From positions 1,690,537 to 1,754,536 of the forward strand of contig CM119269.1 in NCBI GenBank assembly GCA_051294375.1: 64,000 nt of DNA, read 5' to 3'. Below, one piece after another: positions 56,920 to 64,000 of this stretch. The position numbers and the translations under genes are program-made. The notes beneath the pieces were generated by a model, which worked only from the letters and a program-made list of their open reading frames with translations, had not been told where the DNA came from and did no database searches. The stretch comes from Paraspadella gotoi. Its lineage: Eukaryota > Animalia > Chaetognatha. How positions within the stretch are numbered: position 1 is the first letter of the stretch; each line of letters starts with the position of its first letter.

Positions 56920-59900
56920 ATGGCGATCGCCGCTTATCGCCGCCACGTCGACGATATTGTCTTCGACCAGGGCGTTGGCTGCGGTCACTCCTGCGTTTGG
57001 GTTCACGTCGTCGGTGAGCGGGTCGGGCCGAGTGGCAGGAGATTGGGAGTTGTGTCATTTACTTCATTTACATTATTTGTTTTTGGTCATAACCATCCAG
57101 TGTTATAAAAAAAAAACAAATTAATAACTAGGAAAGATAAAGAATAATCTTGTTTTTTTTCTTTAAACATCTATCTCTTAAAATCTCAAAATTAAGTTTT
57201 ATCTCACCGACCAATTGTAAAGCTAACTGTTGCGAGACTAAATGGCTTGTTATCTACAAGGCAGCCTCTTTATTTGTTTTTTTTTTCAGTTGGAGTTATC
57301 ATTTCCATCGCTAGAGGCGCTCAATACGCATTGTGTTTGTTGTGGGTAGCGCAGACCAGAATACAGGTGAGAACGAGGCGTCAAAACTCTACATTCTGTT
57401 ACTTTGTTTCTAATGTTAATTTTATGTTAAATCAGTGGCGACAGCCGTGGTCAGTAAATAAAAATAATACTAATTAGATTTAAAATATTATTCGGTCCCT
57501 TATATTTTAAACTCAATCAAAATTGATTAAACAGATAAATTATCGAACTGAATTTAGATTTAGTCGGGTAGACGAGTTTTTAGAGCCAAAAGCTCGAGTT
57601 AAACGTGGGTGAACTTGGCGAAAGTCAAGCGGTCTTGTTGGGCACCTGATCGGTTGGCAAGGTTCGAAAGTAAATATCAACTTCTGGAGGAATAAAAAGT
57701 TTCTCTTTGCATAAATCATGAACGGGACTTATCCTAACGAGTAATTAAATAATGTTTTTAAAAAAAATGTTTAGCAGGGAGAGAAGAACGACTCCACAAA
57801 CATATACAGATCGTAATCTTTGAAAAATATTGGAAAATAGTATTACAATTTCAGAAGATTATTCAATTTTGAAATGCCCGGGAAATTTATACGCAAGTAT
57901 AATTAAGGTAGAGCTTGTTAAATTTGTGGTTTTTGTAAGTAACATCATCATTTTCATATCGAAAAACGAAAAACGTATAACACCAACCGTTACATTTTTT
58001 AGTTGCGCCGCGGTGTAACTCTATAAGTCACTTTTCTGTCGGTCTGTCGGCCGGTATGTCTGTCTGTCGGTCCGTCCCACTTACATTAAAAATGCACATA
58101 ATTTGCCTCTAGATGGTTGCTCATTTGTTAAGACAGAAAAAAAACTGCAAATCTAAGGAATTCTAAAACTATAAAGACGGAATTGTGATGCAGTGCATGT
58201 CATAAATATACGGGCATATAAAGCTTTTTAATCATGTTATGTCATGTCATATCATGTGATCAAAAGGAAATACACGTAAAAATAAAGTCACTGCGGCGCG
58301 ACACATTGGAATCACCGTTCTTGTTAACTCGTTAAACGAAATGACCCAAACTCAAGGGGCCATTATTTGTTGACATAAGAGGTCGGGGCGAATAATTTTC
58401 TTTATTTTTAGTCAAATGTTAATTTTTAACGAGTCCGGATTGAGAAAATAAAGAATAATTAGCGGAGTTAGTACGTATGTATGTTGGGTTGGCGTTCAAT
58501 ATAAATGTTAAATTGTTTACGATTGGGGACGACGAAGGATGAATGGTCGGTCGGTCGGTCGGTCGGTCGGTCACTTGGTCGGTCGGTCGGTCGGTCGGTC
58601 ACTTGGTCGGTCGGTCGCGTGACGACGAAGGCGAGAGCGGCGTCAAAAGGCGAAGCCGGCGGCGAGCATAGCGCCGCCGTCTCCCTCTTGACGCATCGCT
58701 TTGGCGCGTTCGTCTTCGCGTTGTTGTTCAAAAATAGAAGAGAGGGATTCCCCGTCCGCCAATTTCTGTCAAAGGGGGGAAGAAGGAAAAAGAGGAAAAA
58801 ATAAAAGGGACGAGAAGAAGTCGATTTAATGGAAAACTTGAAAGTTGAAATTGAATTGAAAAAGTGAAAAGTCGTTGTGATGTTAGTGTATAGTGTATAA
58901 TGTTTAATGCGCGTCAGATGCGTAAAGTGTCGAGAGCGTAAGTGAAATGGGGGAAGAAAATGATCAAACACTCGGCTAAGAGTTTTGCCGATGGGAAAAC
59001 AACAAGCGTGGGGTGGATGACTCTCAAAGAAGATGAAATATTAATGGAATTTCGATGAGACGCTTTTCCTCGCATTAAAAAAGTTGAACCTCCTCGGAAC
59101 AACTTTGCTGGTTTCTTCGCGTCAACTAGTGATTTAAAACTTTTTTTTTTTTAAAAGTCCTCGCGAAAACCAACTCGCTTTTAAATTTAACTTTGTTAAA
59201 GTTTAACTTGTTTAACTTGTTAAAGTTTAACTTTGTTAAAGTTGACAGGAATAAAAGTCGTTATTTAGTTAGGAGACCGTAGAATTTCAGGGCAGAATTA
59301 TAATCCGATTACGCTCTTGGCGTTTTTTTTTTCTCGTTATTTGTCGAGGGGAATCAAGCAAAGCGCTCCTAATTAAAAAGTTTAAACTTTTTTGAAGAAA
59401 ATTTGAATTTCAAATGGGAACTTTAATTGAGAGCGTTTCCGCCGGGATCGCTTCGCTCCGTAATCGATTTGGCGAAAGCTTCCAACCCCTTCTTCCGTTT
59501 AGCCTAATCCTTTAATGATTATTAACCTCAGCTTTTCTAGCAGGAAGTCATGGGAGCAATTCCAGAAATGAAAGATTGAATCCTTGCCAAAAACCACGAG
59601 TCAAATCAAACATCTCGTACCTTGGTCCTTTTACATCTCTGTGAGGAATGACCTCTCCTTATTTTGCCCGATCTTTTGTCGTGGACTCTATATGATCTCA
59701 CCCGGTCGATTTCCGCCTGACGATTGCGATCCCGCCTGTCGCGCGATCTCTCCGACAGATAGAGTTTGCAGCAGGCAAAGAACGGGCAACAGATGAGCCC
59801 CACGACTAGAAAAGCGAAGAAGACCGATGACGACATCTGGGCGAAGAGCCAGGCGCACAGATCGATCACCTCGGCGCCAAAACCGACGATGAGAGACGGC

Positions 59901-62900
59901 GAGGCTGAGGGCGTGGTAAGGGCGGCGTCGGGCGGCGTCGTCGGCGCCATTTTGTGGCGACGTGGGGAGGAGCGAGCGGCGCCGGTTTTAAATGCTCGGA
60001 TTAAGGACGTTGTAATCGCTTTAGGGACGAAAATCTCTGTGGGAAAGATGAAGGAAGTATGTTTGAGAAACAAGGAATTATGTACATGGGAATTCATAAT
60101 AATATTGAGAAACTGAATATCTCAGTCATAAGCGTCTCTTTAGAAAATGAAGGAATAAGAATATAATTTTTAAAACAAGCACAAGAAAATCTTTTAACGA
60201 ATCAATAATCAATAACAAATATTGTTGTTAGCCTTAGTCAGCCTATTGTTCACACAGACTTATGTAAGCAGTTTTCAGTTTATACGATAAATGATTAACT
60301 CCTTCGTTATATGCCTCTTTAACGGATTTTTAATCAACTACGTAATAACAACAAAGCTTCTTATCTTTTTTAAAAATTTCATCCACTGTTTTTAAACTTA
60401 CTGTAACTAATTTCGTCTCGACGACAGAGAGGACAATCTCACGACCCGAGTTTTGTAGTGACCGAGAATAGAGTAATGCAAAGAGAGAAAGCCATTCCAA
60501 ACTACGCCGTTAGCAAAATACAATGGTTGCAGAGTCGTATTTCCAATTTGCTTTCATGGCTGCAAGCTTCTTTTTTTTTCTTATTTTATTTCTTTTTTTT
60601 ACGCTTTTCTCGTTTCGTAAAATAAAAAAAAAAATATCGCCGATAAACTGTCGGGCGAAGTCAGACTGATCACGCAGAACGGCGCGCATATTGAAAAAGG
60701 CGCGCAAATTGAAAAAGGCGCGCCGAGGTGAAAACGCGCCGCGGTGATGACGCGAGAACGAAACGCGATATCGACCCACGCCCTCGTTAAAAATCGACAG
60801 AGAAATAATTCAATGACTGGAAATTGTAGAATAGTATTTGCAGAGAGAGATATCAATGGATCTCGATAATTATTTTCTCATTTTCAAATCGAGATTTTCT
60901 TTCGTCCTTTCAATCGGAAAGCAACTTTAAAAAATGAAGCGTCAAATTTATTTTTTTCCCCCATTTTTTTAGTAAAGTATTCCTTTTATTAACAAAATAT
61001 ATATTAATGTTTTTGAGGTTTGTAAGACTTGACTTCGCTTTTATATATATATATTATCTTAAGAGTAGCTATCACGCCTTTCTTCCGCATGCTCCCCCAC
61101 CCCGCGCCCCCCTCTTTCAGAGTCTCCATCCCCAAGAATGGACGAGCTCCGTGTTGGATCGTTCCTGCTTCTATCTTCCAATTCCCTTCCCTAATTCGCT
61201 ACCGAAAAACTTGAGCGGACTTTTGCAAGAGTGGGACGGCAACCGAACGGTGCATGACTTCGTGTCCGACGGTCAAGCTTATCATAACAGGTGATTGATT
61301 GATTTATTCGATTGACCTGAGTTGATTGATTGAATTTGATCAATTTGATTAATTTATTGATATGATTCATATAATATATTTATATATATATTGACTTGAG
61401 TTGATTGATAGATTGACTGATTGATTAAATGAATTTGATTGATTGATTGATTTGATTGATATAATAGATATTATTGACTGATTGATTAAATGAATTGGAT
61501 TGATTGATGGATTTGATTGATATAATACATATGATTGACTGATTGATTAAATGAATTTGATTGATTGACATTGAATTTTACAGTCAGTTGGAGAGTCTGC
61601 GATTCGTCGTGATCGTCGTGGACAATTTATTCTTCGTCATCGGCGTCGTCGTGGGCCACGCGCTGCTCTACCCTCTGTCGGACAAATTCGGACGCCAACC
61701 TCTCGCCCTCGTCTCCGCGTGGACCATGGGCGCCATGAGTGAGTCACGCGCGGGAGACGGATTCAAATTTCAAATATACGACAATTTTTTGAATATATGT
61801 AATATGGGAAGCCAGGTACTCTGGGAGTGAATAAACGAGACTGTGAGAGAGTCTTGATTGAAAGCTTGCAGGGACCTGCTATGTCATTATCTTGTAAGAG
61901 TGATGGAGGCCTTAAACCACCAAAGCCTGTCCAAAGTCAGGGGCAAGATAGCTTATTTATTAAATGAATGGATAATTTTTATATTGGTTGTACCAATTTC
62001 ATGATAATATGATCTTGTGGTGGACACAATCTCCATTTTTATAATCTCATCGACTGAAGAAACAATAAGAACCATTCATATTGTATTAAGATAGATACAA
62101 ACTAATTGCAACTCCCGACCGGCCACTCCGGCTCTCCCACAAGGCCTCCTCGTCCCATGGATCGGCAACGTGCCTCTCTTCGCGACGCTCCGCTTCTTCG
62201 TCGGCGCGTCTCTCGCTGGCGCCGGATCCGTCAAACTCTGGGTGACGGAGGTGACGCCGTTTCAGCGGCGGACGGGGGCGTTGGTGGCGATGGACGCGGC
62301 GCTCTTCCTCTCCGTCGCTGGATTCTTCTTTATCGGCAGCGTCGTCTGCAACTGGAGGGCGTTCTGTCTCTGTCTCGCTTTGATCCCTTTTCTCTCGGTT
62401 CCGTTTTCTTGTTCGACGGGTGAGTCAGTTCTGGTTGGGTCGTCCTTGAGATCTTCGTCATCGTTATTGTTCTCATTGTTGTCCAACTTTTTATTGTTTT
62501 TGTTCGTTGTTGTTATCCGCCTCATGAATTACGTTTTTATCTTTCCCTATTCCGATCTTTTGGATGGCAATAGTCCTCGGCAGCAGGGATGTGGAGCCGA
62601 CCTAATTTTGTCTCGGCAGTATATTTAATTAAAAATCGATTTGCTCTATTTTCCAGAATATATCTGTCGGGATAGTTGTCCTGATCTTTTTATCTTTGTC
62701 AATATAAAATACCTATCTGTCAAATATTTTTTATCGTACATCATCGTTCGTTCTCCTTAATCACCCTGGGATAATTTTTTGGGGGGGTTCTACTAATTAA
62801 GTTATTAAAAATTCTTAGTTACTAAAGGTTCAAAAGTTTATATGTGTAGTTAAAATTGGCAGAGGCAAAAAAAGACAAAAAAGGTGAAAACTACTAATTA

Positions 62901-64000
62901 ACTTTGTGGGGAAAAAAATGATTCTACGGAAATGGAATAGTAAGATGAGAACCATAATGCGAAAAGGAAAAGGTACAGAATGAAAACTAATAAACTATGC
63001 TCAGTGGGTGCGGGGAGCAAATATACTACTGAGATTCTGTCACTGACATTAATCTTTATGAATACAAATTGACCTCTTTCCCAGTGAAAATTATTTAACT
63101 TTGTCATAAAAATATTTCAAAAAAGTTAACGTCACCTTGAATTTAAATTTAATCTCCGGGCAATTTCATAATCCTCGACTTTTATATCTTTTTATTTCGC
63201 GAACAACATAATTTCACTAGGATTCTATATTAACTCCTCCCCGTCCCGGGCGCCTTCCCGCCATTCCTACCCCCCCTATAGCGGAGAGCTTCAAGTGGCT
63301 GGAGAGTCGCGACGACTTCGGTCTTTATCCCCGAGTCCTCGCGCGGTTCGTCGAGGAAGACGACGACCCCTCCGTGGCCGTGCGGACACGGACCTTCAAG
63401 CTGAGCGAGAAGGATCGGCGGACGAGGACGTACAACGTCGAGGACGAGGACCTTCTGCTACAAAGGTCCGGGCGGGTGGATGGGTCCTGAGTTCGAATTC
63501 CCCTTTGGACCGGTTGTTTCGAAGTGGGACAGTTCCGGTGACTTTGCCTCCGATAAATAATTATTGAGTTGACATTAACTTCGCGGTTATCCGAGTCATG
63601 AGACTTGTCCCAGTTTGAACGGGAACGCCTTTTCTTTTCCTCCATTTTCTTTTGGCTGTAAGTGACACTTTTCATCGAATAATCAATTTGGTGTTCTGTC
63701 ATTTTCTTCTCGGGTAATTGTCATGGCCTTTACTTTCGTCTGATTTTCTCACTCACCCATGACAGTCGGAAACCTCAAAGTTTTACAATCACTACCAATC
63801 ATCCTCTTTTTTTTTGCTGAAACGCTTTTTTATTCAACGTGTTTCGGTTTATCTAGATGTTCCAGTTTTTGTTCCACCCCCAGTTTTTATTCCTCCCCTA
63901 GATCCAACCCTCAACGCCCGAAATGCGTGTCTGCTGTCCCCACGACCACGAATCACATGCGACGCTTGAACCGGGCCGCCGCCGACAAGGCGCCCCTAGC
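56920..64000 (+). CDS. SLC22-like / MFS organic ion transporter, N-terminal half (continues past window); exons 56920-57013, 57290-57366, 61121-61290, 61584-61738, 62144-62419, 63282-63465, 63902-
   Basis: All introns are GT-AG with matching phases. MFS motif A LSDKFGRQP, LRFFVG, WVTEVTPFQRR (cf. E..P...R), NWR, AESFKWL (cf. PESPRWL), large loop after TM1. Confidence 0.85.
57995..58325 (+). mobile_element. HINE/DINE-1-like element, second copy
   Basis: Same termini (ttttagttgcgccgc ... gcggcgcgacacattggaatcaccgttcttgtt) and core as 29340-29702. Confidence 0.65.
58643..59950 (-). CDS. Small single-pass membrane protein nested antisense in the transporter intron 2; exons 59950-59653 and 58713-58643
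   Basis: aaaATGG start; hydrophobic SVFFAFLVVGLICCPFFACC followed by a basic tail. Phase-1 join gives ...KIRRDERAKAMRQEGDGGAMLAAGFAF*. GC-rich islands in an AT-rich intron. Confidence 0.55.
61392..61570. repeat. 3x ~60-bp tandem repeat built from (GATT)n
   Basis: ttgactgattgattaaatgaatt recurs at ~61393, 61453 and 61535. Confidence 0.7.
61805..62002 (+). mobile_element. Family R1 repeat in transporter intron
   Basis: Almost identical to 11320-11517. Confidence 0.8.

Overview
Eukaryotic (invertebrate metazoan-type) draft genomic DNA. It is AT-rich, with GC-rich exons, many short (~55-100 nt) spliceosomal introns, abundant (CT)n/(GAT)n/(GATA)n microsatellites, three N-gaps and some visibly error-prone stretches. 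Hand splicing with intron-phase checks supports these genes: a six-exon secreted S1 serine protease with a long pro-region and a furin-type activation site (+, 8624-12312); a very large >25-exon orphan gene on the - strand (~31800-13539) encoding an ER/K single-alpha-helix segment, exon-modular RRKSS repeats and a beta-rich C-terminus; a three-exon TNF-superfamily ligand-like gene that starts with a signal peptide (-, 36979-36131); two tandem paralogs sharing an unnamed helical domain, one extended by BACK-like and discoidin-like regions (-, 42751-38755); a receptor guanylyl cyclase (+, 44174-~55133) whose catalytic exons lie inverted between ~48461 and the gap at 50330; and an SLC22/MFS transporter (+, 56920 to the window end) with a small antisense membrane-protein gene nested in its intron 2. 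Interspersed repeats include a 5'-truncated retroposon-like family (6 copies), Helentron/HINE-like elements and a highly structured TIR element (3 copies). No CRISPR array, rRNA or intact tRNA was seen. All family assignments are by-eye motif recognition, not database results.
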